DNA of 64,000 nt from Camelus dromedarius (Eukaryota). The stretch covers positions 98,954,001 to 99,018,000 of the forward strand of contig NC_087437.1 in the NCBI RefSeq assembly GCF_036321535.1, written 5' to 3'. The position numbers and the translations under genes were made by a program. Position 1 is the first letter of the stretch; each line of letters begins with the position of its first letter. This document shows, in pieces, positions 36,601 through 50,450 of the stretch. The notes beneath the pieces were generated by a model. The model did no database searches and was not told the DNA's origin. It was given only the letters and a program-made list of their open reading frames with translations.

Positions 36601-38629
36601 CGGAAATGAAAGGTCATCGTGTTGTCCCCCTTAAAATTATGCATAAAAATAAAAAAGACTCGTGAAATAAACTTCTTTTTCCCCTTAGATAGCTGATTAG
36701 AGGGGCAAATTTGGTCCTTACAAAATGTTCCGTGAAGGTTATTGTGTACTTGAAATTACCTGTCAGTGAAGTTTGGGAACTTCTTGTGGTAAGAGGTAAC
36801 ATGAACTAGGGCAGTTTAGTGTTATTAGGTAGATGGAGAAAGTATTTGTTAAAAAAAAAAAAAGATGTAATATGGTTATGTACGTTAAAGGAAATAGTAT
36901 AATTCATTTTTTCATTGATAGGTAATTTTGAAATGCTTACCATTTGATACCTAGCAATGCTTTGGGGCATGTGATTCTGAAGTTAAAGAATGGCTTGGAA
37001 TTTTCTATCAAATTGTTTTTTCTTCTTAGAGATTTTGAAAGTCTTTTTAGAGGTTATTTTAAGAGTTGATGCTTTTTTCTCCTGAAGATGGGTACCTTTT
37101 TCTGTCTCTCTCTTGCACAAAAATAAATTTTATTTATATTTAGAAATTCAGTCAGACGAACCAAGGATTGATTTATGGGTTGCTCACCCGTTGGCACGGA
37201 AAGCTTTCCTGCTTTGCAGTCATCAGTGCTCCAGTTTTCTTGTACTGTTATCTAAGTATTTGTTGTCAACAAAGTAATGGATATTTGGGCTGGGTTTTCA
37301 TTTTCCCCTGAAATCTTTTAATCTTCAAAATCAGATACCATAGAGAAAATGTGGAAGGGACACAGGCTGTGGAATTTGAAAAAGCTGTAGTCATTTCTCT
37401 CTCTCTACTGATTAGCCTCTTGGAGCTTCTGTTAGTTATAAAATGAGAGTAACTTTCTAGAGGGTTTGTGTGCACACATATTAAATGAGATTATATAGTA
37501 GAAGCACTTAAAACAGTTTGGCATACAGCAAGAACATAATAAGTGCGTATCTTTGTTCCCTGTCTTAAGTCATTGACCCTTTTCTTTTTTTTTTTTTTCT
37601 GTATTTTCAAGAAGTTATTTCAATGTTAAATATGCTGTAGTCTTATTTAAACAGATTTAAAACAGATCCAACATTGTGTAGGGTCAACAGAGGAGGGAAA
37701 GAATTTCTGTGAAGCCCTCTGATCCTTACTTTATAGTGAAATGACTGATGCCTTCTCCCTGAAGGGCATAATGCCAGATTTGGCACGTAGTAGGCACTTA
37801 AGGATGTCAGTCATCACTATCACTCAGTAAAAATAACATTGAGGGAGGAATCTGAAGGCCTGTAGGTAGTCTTGGCTTGTTTGCTTATTGATTTTTGTGG
37901 TGTTAGCAAGCCATTGATTGTGTCTTGCTCTTCTTGGTTCAGCAGTGTGAACAGGTTACTCCCATCTCCTTATCCTGTAGTGGATAAGGAATCCATACAG
38001 GGAAGACCTCAGAGCTCAGAAAAAGAGCTCTAGAGATGGTGGTGGGTTAGATCCACCTTAGACCCAAAATCACAAGTCAAGAAGGAAAGAACCATTACAG
38101 ACATTTTTAGTTAAGGGTCAGGATGTATCATGGACTAGAAGTTTGTTAAATAGGAAGGTGCAAACATTGAAAGAAGACTGGGGTCTTAAATACAACAGAA
38201 ATAGCAGTAATAAAAGCATATAGTTGTAGGAAATGAAGGTACAGATTTTCAAAGACAGGAGAAGCACAGTTGGAAGATGTCAGTAACAAAGGGGAAAACT
38301 TGACAAGTGAGGTGGCTTCTCTGCCATGAACTTAGAAATTTTTTCATAGTTCACCTTTTGTGATCTCACCTTCATTTCTTGGTAACTTAGTTAAGAAAAT
38401 TCTTTCACCTTTTCTCTTTCCCACTCAGTCTTCTCCTCCACCCTAATCCTTTTCTCTTCATTGTTTCATTTTCAGTCAAAATTCATGAGGTCAAGAACCG
38501 TGCTAGAGATGCACCTGAATTATTTCGCTAGGATATTTAGCTGATTTTATTGTGAAAGATGAAAAAAAAAAACCAAATGATAACAAAGTTTTAGACATTG
38601 CTTCTATTCACAAAATACTGAGTATTCTT

Positions 38630-39020
38630 ATTGTACTCAGTAGCAGTCAGCTATAGCAGACCACACCAAAAGTTAGTGGCATATCAGAATATTATCATCA
38701 TGTTCACAGATTTGCAGATTGATTGAGGTGGCCTCTTCTCCTGTGCCTCATTCTTCTGAGGCAAGTGGACTACCTGGGTCATGTTCTTCTTAAGAAAGTT
38801 GCTGAAGTTCAAGAGGGCAGAGCCCAACCATGCAAGCACATTTCATGTCTGCTTGCCTGCTGCCTACTAATATGCCATTGGTAAATGCATGTCACATGGC
38901 TAAGCCGATCATCAGTGCAACAAGGAAATATATTGTTTCTCTAGTGGGAGAAAGTGAGAAGTGGCAAAGGGTATGCATACAGAGGTGGGAAAAGAATTGG
39001 GAGTCTAACACAGGCTGTCA
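38630..39020 (-). mobile_element. Old MaLR LTR (MLT1H/J-like)
   Basis: ccattggtaaatgcatgtcacatggctaagcc motif. Confidence 0.6.
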
Positions 39021-41094
39021 TCTTTCTTGGGTTTTACATTCTTTTTTACATTTTATCTTGTAGTCATTAACATATATATACTATTTTGTATTTCACCACT
39101 TTAACTTAATATGATTTTGTAAAGATAACTTCTATATAGTTTGTTATTTAAAAATACACAGTTGTTTGCTTAAATCAAACCATGCTTCTAGGTTCATCTG
39201 TATCAAAATCATGCGAGATGTTTACTAAAAAGGTAGATCCCTTAACCTTAACCCAGATGCCCGTGGAATCACAATTTCTGGGCATGGGGCTTGGGAATCT
39301 TCTTTATTAACCAACTCATCAGGTCATTCTTTTACACATGAATCTTTAGAATGTCTTCCTTAATGGAAGGACATTTGCGTTGTTTCCATTTTTCCAGCAT
39401 TATAAATAATAGCCAGAAACATTTGTATGAATGACTGATTCCTTTAGGGAATTCAGTAGTCTTTCCCTGATACTTGATTGAATAATTTGCCATTGAGGAA
39501 AGTTGTATTCTGTGTAAGGAATGGGCATTGGTGTGCTAGTGCAGTTAATTACAAACAAACATTCAATTAGATGAGAATTTCTGTAAAATTTGTATACGTC
39601 TTTAATTTGTAATGCTGGATATTGTGTAAGTTAGTCATTTTCATTGTTAGCTATTGGTAATTTTTAAAGTGAAAGTAGCGAAGTTGACAGGTTTAGAGAG
39701 ATTTTTTTCTGGTATTTCAACACTGTAAATTTGGAAGTTCAGTTCTTTTATTTAACCACTTTGATTCTTTCCACCATTTTATATGACATTGTTCATATTC
39801 TTTATTATATATTTTATTGTTAGTCTCAGTTGTCTCAGCTCTTTAATAAGATTTTTATGGGAATGAAAATCCACTGATGGCATGGCAGATACTGCCAGTG
39901 CCTATTCAGTGTACATTCTTTTCTGTTTTCTTAGCAGCAGAATCATGATTTCATTTGCAGAGTAGCTTTTTGCCTAGCTGAAAAATACATTTTCCAACCT
40001 CCTTTGCAATCGAGTGACCACATGACATGACTGTTCTGCTCAGTGAGGCTTTAAGTGGAAGTCACTAGATGGGGCTTGCTAAAGAAGGCAGAATCATTTG
40101 GCAGACACCTTTTGTCCTTTGCCCTTCCCTTTATCCTATGTGGAGCTTGGACAGGATACTGGAGGTGGAAACATGAAGTGACATTTAATAAATGTCACGT
40201 AAGAATGTTTAGTGGGAAAACACATTTCAGCAGATCCTTTTATTCTATTGGTGATTTGTTTTCCAGGTCGTATCCATTGAGCTTTCTTTACTTCATGGTG
40301 CTTTCGATTTTGAGGAACTTGTTTTAAGAAATACAGAGATGTAGGGAGGAAGGTGGTTCTTAATTAGGAAAGTGTAGGGAAAGATTTGCTGGTGGAGTCC
40401 TAGCCTTCTGCCCCTTTTCCTTTGCAGGAGAATACAGTAGATTGTGTAGACCGACAGCGTGTGAACAGGTCTAGAGCAAATGTAGGCACAGTCGACGCTG
40501 TTTAGGCTCTTTTATGACAGGTTGAAGAATGAGGCGGCCTTTTTTTTCCTTGAATAGGACAGGATCCCCCTGATGTAATAAATCCACCTAGTCCCCGACC
40601 TGCTGAAAGCATGTTTTTCCCAAACGCCCTAGTGCTTGAATGCTGGCTGACGTAGGGACAGGGAGAGGTGACTTGGGCTGCCTGGATTTCGTTCAGCGCT
40701 TCCATGGCCTAGTTACAGTAGCCTGATGGATACCTGTTTTCCTTAGTCTTCTTTGACTTAGCCACCACGCAGATCACTCCTTTTCTTGTTCGGAGGGATG
40801 AATTAGGTAGTAAAGAGTGGGCCAGGGACTGTTCAGTGAGGCTTGCTCTTTGGGAGTAATGTAGACGTTCCCTTATGGAAACATGAGAAAGGAATAAGGT
40901 TTCCCATAGCATGGTTCATTCTTCACAAAAGAATGAAATTAATTCATTCTTTCTCAAGTTCTTAATTTTTTTTTTCTTTTCACTCTAGTTTATTTTGTGT
41001 TTTCTATTTTTTTCCCCAAAGGCCATTTATTTTCTTGTCCTTGTATAATTTCTGATTTCAGAGTCTAACACTTTAGGTTTTTCCCTTCCTCTAG

Positions 41095-41172
41095 CACCAG
41101 CAGACGTTTTTGAATCAGCTGAGAGAAATTACTGGGATTAATGATGCCCAGATACTACAGCAAGCCTTGAAG
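41095..41172 (+). CDS. USP25: USP25 coding exon 2 ([26 protein letters not shown]), UBA-like domain
   Basis: Branch-point-like ctaac at 41065-41069, pyrimidine tract and ctag| acceptor. 78 nt, phase 0/0, AAG|gtaagt donor. Continues the exon 1 frame. Confidence 0.97.
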
Positions 41173-41334
41173 GTAAGTCCTCTGTTTTATGACAGAAGGT
41201 TTCTGTTGCACTCTTATCTCTACTGCCTGCCATATTTGGAAGTTCAGTGTTTTAGTTATGCCAGGTGGTAGTAGTAGAGATACAGGGAAGAACTTTTATA
41301 AAGCAAGAGCCTTCCTTAACATAACATACTGCTA

Positions 41335-41772
41335 TAATGAAATGATGCCATGTGTAGCAACATGGATGGACCTAGAGATTATCATGTTAAGTGAAGTCAG
41401 ACAGAGAAAGACAAATATCATATGATATTACTTATATGTGGAATCAAAATAAAAAAGATACAGATGAACTTCCTTACAAATCGGAAATAGACTCAAACAT
41501 AGAAAATAAACTATGGTTACCAAAGGGGAAAGGAGTTGGGGGAGGGATAAATTAGGAGTTTGGGATAACATATACACATTACTATATATAGAATAGATAA
41601 CAGTGACCTACTGTAGAGCACAGGGAACTATATTCAATATCTTGTAATAACCTATAATGGAAAAGAATCTAAAAAAGGGTATATATATATGTATATGTAT
41701 AACTGAATCATTTTGCTGTACACCTGAAACTAAGAGAACATTGTAAATCACCTATACTTCAATTAAAAAAAC
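41335..41772 (+). mobile_element. L1 3' end in intron 2
   Basis: Canonical L1 3' UTR (gcaacatggatggacctagagattatc...acattgtaaatcacctatacttcaatt) plus A tail. Confidence 0.92.
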
Positions 41773-42469
41773 CCCAACCTACTGTAATTTTGAGCATGTT
41801 AGCTTTCAGCAGCCTAATGTTCCAAGATACCTTGAAGTGAAAGACCTCTCCCCACATGAAACACTTTTCTTTGAAAATGAATGCATGTGAATCCAAGTGC
41901 TAATAGCTGGTTTTCTCGAGACATGACTTTAGCTTTTAATTGGAAATGGAGGGTGGAGGGGGGTAGAGGAGGAAGAGGAGGTGGAGGTGGGAGAAGTAGA
42001 AATAATAGAGGATCAGAAGCTTACATTTTTTTCCTTCCAAGAAGGAGAAATATAAATTGGCTAAAATTCAGCTTGCACCTTAAGAACATTCAACATCAAA
42101 CTGTTTGTACATGCATTAAATAAAGTGCATCATTTTTGTTATGTCTTATGAAGTACACTCATTCCACACAGAGGCACCCAGATGAGTCAGATCGCATGGA
42201 TGTGCACATTGAAAAGGAGCAAGTAAATGAAAGATGTTCAAGAACTACAACTGCATTTTAAGCTTATTTGTATTTAACTAGCTACTAAGGGCTAACAGCA
42301 ATACAGTATTTTTGCCACTATGGGCTTAGAGCTTCATTTTTTTTGCAAGTTGGCCCATGAGACAACGTTAATTATACCATTTTTGATATAATTGGCTCAA
42401 GGCTAAAAACTTCAGTTGTTTCTAGAAATAACTTCTCTTTTGGATGATTGTAATCATAGCTGTCATAAC

Positions 42470-42680
42470 TGTAGTGATAATAACTAGTACTTATCAAGAA
42501 CTTACAGTACTAAGTGCTGTTCTAAGTACTTATGTGGCTAACTCATCCTCCTCATAACCGTGAGGTGGTATTATTTTCATTTTCTTTTTAAAAGGTAAGG
42601 AAACAGGTCAAAGTGGCTTGCTCAAGATCTCATAGCTAGTATGTGCAGGAGCTTGGAATAGAAACCAGGCAAAGTGCCAC
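42470..42680 (-). mobile_element. MIR SINE
   Basis: MIR-like aaggtaaggaaacagg...gcttgctcaagatctcatagctagt. Confidence 0.65.
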
Positions 42681-43067
42681 ACAATTTATTTTTACTAGAA
42701 GCTTTGCTTCAGCTTTTTTTCCTCATCAGGAAAATGATGAAACAGTACTGTTAGGGGCATTTTAATACATGGTTTATGAAACCACTCTAAGTATTTGGAG
42801 AGGAAGCAAAAGTGTCATATTCAATTTTTAGTTTTCTCTTTATTCTGGTAAATATGACTAAATCATTCCATGGTTAATTTCAGAAATGGCCTTTCCTGTT
42901 CTGTATCATTATAAGTCTACACTGTTACCTTGTCAGGGCAAATTTGGGCATTTTGCTTTTTTTTTTTTTTTTTTAACTTAGGAAACATGTAGAATATGCT
43001 TAGTTAAGAAAACATAAAGAATCAGATTAATTCTTGTCCACATTTCCTTTGGGCTCAGTTGTGGGAC

Positions 43068-43112
43068 TTTTTTGTTTTGTTTTGTTTTGTTTTGTTTTGT
43101 TTTTGTTTTTTT
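43068..43112. repeat. (TTTTG)n pentanucleotide repeat
   Basis: Visible tandem TTTTG. Confidence 0.9.
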
Positions 43113-44697
43113 AAACTTCTGTTTCAATTACCAGTATCTGGGGAATAAAACAGTGTGCTTAAACCTTCACTGTTGCTCGGTATAAATTTGTAAGGTGTTT
43201 AATAATGAGTTGAACCTCGGCGTTACATTGACAAGGAGTCTGCTTTTCAGAGTCACAATGCCATTGATTGATTTTAGCACTTTTATTTTATTTTGAGACT
43301 CTATACGTCCAAAATAACTGAGCTTCAAGTTGTGTAAACCCCTGCTTCATTCAGTTTATTATTATTATACGAGGAAGTATAGGGAAAGCACTTAGCACGT
43401 TTCTTGGCACGTAGTCAGTGCTCAGTAAATGTTTGCCATTGTTATTGCAAATTATTTTCTTACTGGTTTGCTTATCTAACTGTAGAATATGTTAAACCTG
43501 TGTTTTGGATGCTTCATTTAAGAATCATAATGGTTGTAACAGATAACAAAATTTAAAGCAGTCATGCTTTTCAAACAGCACTCTTATTTTTCTCTCACCT
43601 CAAAGGCTACTAGGGTTGCGGACTTTGTTCTTCTAGTTGCTCAGCCCTGAAATCTTGGGAATCATCCTGGTCTTTCTCCTTCTATCACTCCCTGTATTTA
43701 ATATGATAGCAAGTAATGTTGGGCTCTCTGCTTCTGCCCTTTCTCTCCTGTAGTCTGTTCTCAGCACACAGCCAGAGTAGTCCTGTTGTAAGTCATACCA
43801 TGTCCTGTCTGTTCAAAACTTCCCACTGGCTTCCTGTTACACTTCCTGTGTGTGTTAAAGTTCTGAAGGCCTACACAGTGTTACGGGTTCGGCCTTCTGT
43901 TACTAAGATTCTTTATTATTAATACTTGGATTTCCTAATGCTGTTTCAATTCGCGGTCATAGAGCAAGTGTTATATTTATCGTTAACTGTACAGAGAACA
44001 TAGAAATAACTGGGCAGGTCTCTTTTCATTATTTTGCTGTTTCAAAAACTCCTAGTTTTTTGGCATTTGCTTTCTTCTATTAACTTTAGAATAATTTTGT
44101 CTAGGTATATTTTGATGAGAACTGTACACAATTTATATATTTAATTTGGGTGGGATTGTCATCTTGACAGTGTTGAGTATTTCTAGTTCTATCAAGCTTG
44201 AGATTATTTTGCTGTTTTCTTATGAGTCTTTCATATTTGCTTGTTAGTTTGCCTCTAGGTAGGCAATCAGCATCCATATTAAAGGGAGCATCCTTTATTA
44301 TCCCTGTTTGCTGAAGCACTGTTTTAAATATTCAGTGTTCACTCTATTATATGGCAAGTTCCAGAAAACTCTAGTTTGTTCGCTTGTTTAGAAGTCCAAG
44401 TTTATGATTAGACTATTGTTAAGCAGATATAAAAGTAATGGAAACCTAAGAAATTAGTCATAGAATTGATTTTTACATTATGTTAGTAGTTTTAATTAGT
44501 AGAAATAGGAATTGTTATTGATATAGTATACTTTGTTAACAGTGAATTTAAACAAACTAGGAATCACAGAATAATTTTAAATCTGAAAATGATTTTTCCT
44601 ATGAAATATTCATTGTTATAGAGAAAATTACGTAAGTCATGTGAGAATGTATAGAGTTATTCCAAAATATTTGATGTTTTGTTCTTGATATTTGAAG

Positions 44698-44842
44698 GAT
44701 AGTAATGGAAACTTGGAACTAGCAGTGGCCTTCCTTACTGCGAAGAACGCCAAGACCCCTCAGCAGGAGGAGACAGCTTACTACCAAACAGCACTTCCTG
44801 GCAATGATAGATACATCAGTGTGGGAAGTCAAGCAGACACAA
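44698..44842 (+). CDS. USP25: USP25 coding exon 3 ([48 protein letters not shown]+A)
   Basis: tttgaag| acceptor, 145 nt open frame, A|gtaagc donor (phase 1). The peptide matches USP25. Confidence 0.97.
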
Positions 44843-47800
44843 GTAAGCTTACTTCTCTTTTTTAATGTTTTAATTAGAATGTAATGAAATTTTTTTCTTG
44901 GGGATATATTTTGTTTAAGCAGAGATGAAGGACAAAAAAGGAACTACTTTAACCTTGGTTCTCTTTGGTGTGGTTGAAAGGCGCACATGTTTTTATGCTA
45001 CTTAACTTAGCTACTATGTATTTTTTTCCAGTTGAGTGAAAGGTTATATTTAGGTTATAAATCCTTTAATAAAGCATTTCATATAGTATTTGTTGTTTTG
45101 AAATATGGAACAGTTAAAGGTGTTACTCATTAAGGAAAGAAAAACTTACAGAAATTTAAATGGGCACAGTCATTTGTTTTATAGATTTTAAGTGTTAGTA
45201 GAGGCCTTAGTATTATTTTTGAAGGTATTGTTTCTGATTATTGATAGATTTACTGTTTAATAGAATTTTCCTTTCCTCAACTCCAACCCCTCCCCAAAAT
45301 AAATATCTTTGGAAAAAAGTTTATTACAATGTAACAAAATAAGTAAACACACATATACACACATACATACATATGGAAAATTTTACATGGGACTCTAGTT
45401 TTTCTTTGTAATATGAATATTTCATGCTTATATAGCAGTTTTTCAAAATACATTCATTTATCTCTATCTCAATATGGTGTAATAGCTTTATTATATAAAA
45501 TGTAGATATTTTTATGAATTCTGGATTTGAGAAGTTTGGTTACTAATTTATATTTGAAGAAAATTTCTGATTTTGTTTATAGACTTTCTCAAAGTTAGGA
45601 AACTACCAGAAAAACCCATTCACATACATGTTTATAGCTATTGATTGGCATTAGACACTGTTTAATGTTTGTTGAAAAAATATTTTAATTTCAAATAATT
45701 TCAGCTGGAGTACTTCTATCTTACACAGATAATAGGTGGTGGGAGAACTTTTACAAATATATCAGACAGACTCAATTCCTATGTTCAAGTTCAAGACAAA
45801 CTGTGTTTGGCCCCTATCTACATCTCTAACTTCATTTTCTATTGTTTTCCTCCTCTTACTTTATACAGTGATACTACAGAATGGCTTGGAAGTTCTTATT
45901 TAGCCAGTGCTGTTTAATGTCTTCTGACTTAACACTTGCTGTTCCTTCTGTCTGGAATCCCCTCTAGCCTTTATCCCCAGTCTAATTTCTTCTGGTGTTG
46001 TAAGACTTAGCTCAGGGGATGCTAGCTCTTGAATGTTACCCCTGGCCTCTAGATTGAGCCAGGTGCTTGTCTAACACCCAGACCATACTTCTGTCTTGGC
46101 GAATACTGTGTTATTTTGAAATTATATGCTTGTGCCTTTCTTGCTTATCAGACCAGAAACTTAACAAGGCAAGAGACCATCGATAGACCTACCGTTATAC
46201 TAGGATAGTTCCTCAAGAAGTATTTATTGAGTTATTTTTGATAATATGTGTAAAAAAGCTTTTTCAAAACCAATAAAAAGTCTCAACAGGGTTGAGAAGC
46301 TTGTTACAAGAAGTTGGAAAAAAGAGTAGTGTATAATTCCTCTGTTGAGAATTGTAAAAGAAAAGTGTATAATGAAAGTGGTATAAATATAGAGGAGGAA
46401 CTAGTGTGTGAGATAACATCTCAGATCTTTCAAGGTTCTGAGACATGGGAGGAAAATGAAGTTAGTTAGGTAGAAAAAGGAAAAAAAAAGAATGATTGTG
46501 ACTGAAGACAGCTGGTTAACGTGAAAGAAACAGGAAATTAACTAAACATGGTTCCATGTTCTAGTTGAAAGGATAGAAAGATTTTAGAATGCTAGCTGTG
46601 AACTCTTAATATAGATAGTAGACTTGTGACACGAGATAACGTGTATAGATTTGCAGGGAGAATAAGGATTATCAGACCGTCATAAATGAAGGAAGGTATT
46701 TTATTCCTTGTGTGAAAATTAGAAAATTGTTTAAGCCACATGTTAACACCTATTCAAGACTTTTGACAAGGAATAGTGAAAACGTTATGGACAAAAAAAG
46801 AGGCTCTAATAGGTGATCTTAGGGAGAAAGCAACCTGGTTTCTGAAGGCATGTTCTTGTTTATCTGTTGATAATTAAAAAAAAAAGTTGTGTGTGTATAT
46901 GTGTATTTCTTGCAAAATATCCACTGAGTACTTTTATATTGCACTTGAAAGAAATGGTAGAGAAATGGAGTTTCTGGTTTCGACTCATTTGATTGTCTTA
47001 TAGAACAAATTGCTTGTTGTTGTGGTTTCTTTATTGATAAAATGGGCTATCCTTCTAACCAGGTTGCTAATTCATATTTAAAACTGAATAGTTTGGTTAG
47101 TGTGTCTGTCCATAAAGTTGGCTTGAGATTATTGAGAGAAAAAATAAAACTGTTGCAGAAATTATAATGAGGTAATTGTATTATAATAGTATTAGTATCA
47201 AACTGGGGAAAAATAGCTAATGAGGTAACAATAGTTCTTTTCCATTTAACAAATTTGTACCATATTTTCTAAAGTTTTAAAAAGTACAACTGCCCTTAGG
47301 AAATAGTCTTGATTCAGCACTTAAATTTAGTAGCATCATAATTGTGTTACATGGCGTAAAACTGGGAAAGTAAGTAGATATCATGCATTCAGCAGATTCC
47401 TTAAAATACTATGCTATAATTGCTGGGGAGAAATGAAGTCTTTTGTGTAGTTTTAACTCTTGGAGCGACAAATTGTGGGAAGGATAGAAAATAATTGAAA
47501 TGAATATATATTCAAATGCAGGCCTCTTGGAAAAAATGGTGTAAGTGCTGAAGGAGTGTAGAGTATTGGAGTGATCAGAATGTGAGGAAGTTTTCAAGGG
47601 ATGGTTCCAGATATAAAACCCTTTTTGAGCATTTTCTCTATTTTGTGTGAAATGCATTTTTACTTGAAAGTTGACCATAGTTGAACTTAATTTTTTCATT
47701 ATGGCAGGGTTTTTTATTTTTTCAATTTATTCTTTCTCTCTCTCTCTCTCTCTTTTTTTTTTTTTTTTTGAGTATGAAATCTGTTAGAACTAGGGCTAAA

Positions 47801-49571
47801 GCGTAAACAAAGCCTTGCTGACTTTTAAGTGTCATCTGTTGGCTGTAATGCTTACAAAACATCTGTATTTTGAAATAAAAATCTTTAATGCTAACTAAAT
47901 ACAATTCCTTGTTGTTATAAGCTGAAATTTAACTTATAACTAAAAGTCTTTTAGAAGTACTGAAATACATGTTTTTTAATGACTCGAAAAGTTTAACTTT
48001 CAAACTGATACCTCACAGAAGCCACACTTGGGTTTGTGGGGAAATTTTCATCTTTGCATACCTGAGTACATCAGAAGATACAGCAAATTATGTCACTTGA
48101 TTTGGAGAACACATATTTGTGAACTTTAATGTGAAAGAAGTAATTACAGTTTTAATAGTTGATAGGATAATTATTGGCTTTAGTGTATTTTTTACCTTTC
48201 ATGTTTTGAGAGAAAAAAAGGAAACATTTCAAGAAAAGCTTGTACTTTTTCATAGTAAGGAATTAGGAAGTATTGCTTTGGTAACATTCCCTAGTGTAAT
48301 TTAATACTTTGTTAAATTCTGAGAAAAGGCTCAAATCACTTTGTAGTTCTATTAGCAAAAATTGAGGCAACTTTAAAAGTTACTTGGATCTCCCTTCTAG
48401 ACAGGATGTTGTGGATTCTCGGTTGAATGCCTCCCACCTCCAGCTTAAATGAAAAATAAAATTATTACGTTGGGAGTTTGTAGTTAAAAATGCAAAGGGG
48501 ATTAGGAAGCAATGCAGGATATTGAGATATAGGAGGACTTTATCAGAAAAGAGATTGTGTGAAGTTTTTGTGTCATGGCAGACTGTTATAGACATGACCA
48601 TACAAGACTTTTGTCCAATTTGAAATCAAATAGTACTATTCTTTTAGTCATGATCATTAAATTCTTTTAAACTTTATTAAAACAGGAAAAAAACAATATA
48701 TGCCCACCAGAGCAAGATATGCTACAATTGAGCAATCAAAGTATGCATCAAAAGATAAGAGGGATTTGGGTAGGTAATTTTGACACAGAAAGTAATGCCA
48801 CATATTGGCTTTAGTTTTAGAGAAATTGGTATAACACATTTGGAGTAAATGTTCAGTAGTTGACCCTTCACAAATTTAGAATAACTATTTTTTAATCCCC
48901 CTAAAAAACTTGAATTACTTGGTAAGGATTGCATAGAAAGTGAGCAAAATGTCCTAGAACTTTAAGTCTTTGTTACATTGCCTGGCTAGCTTAAAAGTGA
49001 TTTAAGGTACAACTGATAAATAGATTCCGTTCTAGTGCTCTCATCCCTGCTGAGAGCAAATCACTTATGTTAAGCAGTTTGGGATTTTATTAATTGAACA
49101 CTGATGTTTTTCCCATTCACCAAATTTGTTAAATAAGTAACTGCACATAGAAAAAATAATAATGAAATGGAAGTTAAATCTTTCTGTAGAGGTTTCTAAT
49201 ACATAAAACTATTTTAATGATGCACCAAAAGTCAGTGTTAAGCTTAGAAATGAGGTGCTGCAATGATATGAAAGTTACCTGTAACTGATTGGGTGCAATT
49301 AGATTTGCATTCTATATTAGACGTACACTGTAGAATTACTTGTATAACTGAATTCTCTTTAATTTTAGGGCAGAATGATAGCCATGGTACTTTTTTGTTG
49401 ACAAACATAGGATGTTAACTTTATTTATTTATTTTTTTTCTCAATCCAAGTTGGAAAACACAGTAAAATAGATGACAGAACTCAGGAATGACTCCTTTAC
49501 TAGCACTTTCCTTACTAGTGCTGCCATAATAAATTTAGCAGCTTTTATTAAAAACAGAGCAAGACCTATTC

Positions 49572-49790
49572 GAGCTGAGCTGTTCAGTACAGTTGCCAAT
49601 ATTTACATGTGGCAACTTAAATTTAAATATAAATTAAAATTAAATAATAATACTGAAACTCAATTTTCCTCTTGCTGTAAATACATTTTAAGTGCTCGAT
49701 ATTAGTCACATGTGACTAGTGGCCACTGTATTGGACAGTGCGGGTAATAGATTTCCATCATCACAGGAAGTTCTGTTGGATGTCACTGTT
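49572..49790. mobile_element. MER3-like hAT element
   Basis: gctgttcagtacagttgcca...agtcacatgtgactagtggccactgtattggacagtgc...gttctgttggatgtcactg. Confidence 0.8.
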
Positions 49791-50084
49791 TTAGAGAATC
49801 TGAGTTCAGCAGTGAGAAGATTGGGAAAGTAGGAAGATCTTGAATGAGCTGACTGAGGCTGGGGAGAATGGGAGAATGGGGTGGGCAACACAATTTACAT
49901 TGCTTATGTCTTTTTACTTTTAAGTATTCTTTTAACATGATACCTTATGCTATTTGTCCTTTTACCAGATAAAAAATTAGATGGATAAAGTATATATTCT
50001 CAAGTATTCTGCTAGTGCCACTGTGGAGATGACTCATTCCTTTTTGTTTCTATTCCAGAGTCTAGATATTAACCTATATTTGCT

Positions 50085-50450
50085 TAACAAATATTGATTG
50101 ATTGCCTGATATGTATCAGGTACTCTTCTAGGCCATTTAAAAAAAGCAAAACATGTTTCAGTTGACTTGGGAGTGGGGAGACAGTAAACAATAAATAAAT
50201 AATGTCGGGTAAGTTCATGAAGAACAATAGAGCAGGGCAGAGGGACAGGGGGTGACAGGGATGCAACTGCGGTATCTTAGATGGAGGTTTGGTCGGGGAA
50301 TGTCTCATTATACAGACACCCAAGTGAAGTGAGGGGGGAGCTCGAGGTGTCTGAGGGAGGTGTATCCTAGGCTGGGCCTTGAGGCAGGAGTATGTTTGGC
50401 TCAAGAGGTGAATGGTGAGGACACAACCATGGTTGAAGCAGAGTGAGGGT
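50085..50450 (-). mobile_element. L2 3' portion, antisense
   Basis: aacaaatattgattgattgcctgatatgtatcaggtactcttctaggc...gccttgaggcaggag. Confidence 0.7.
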
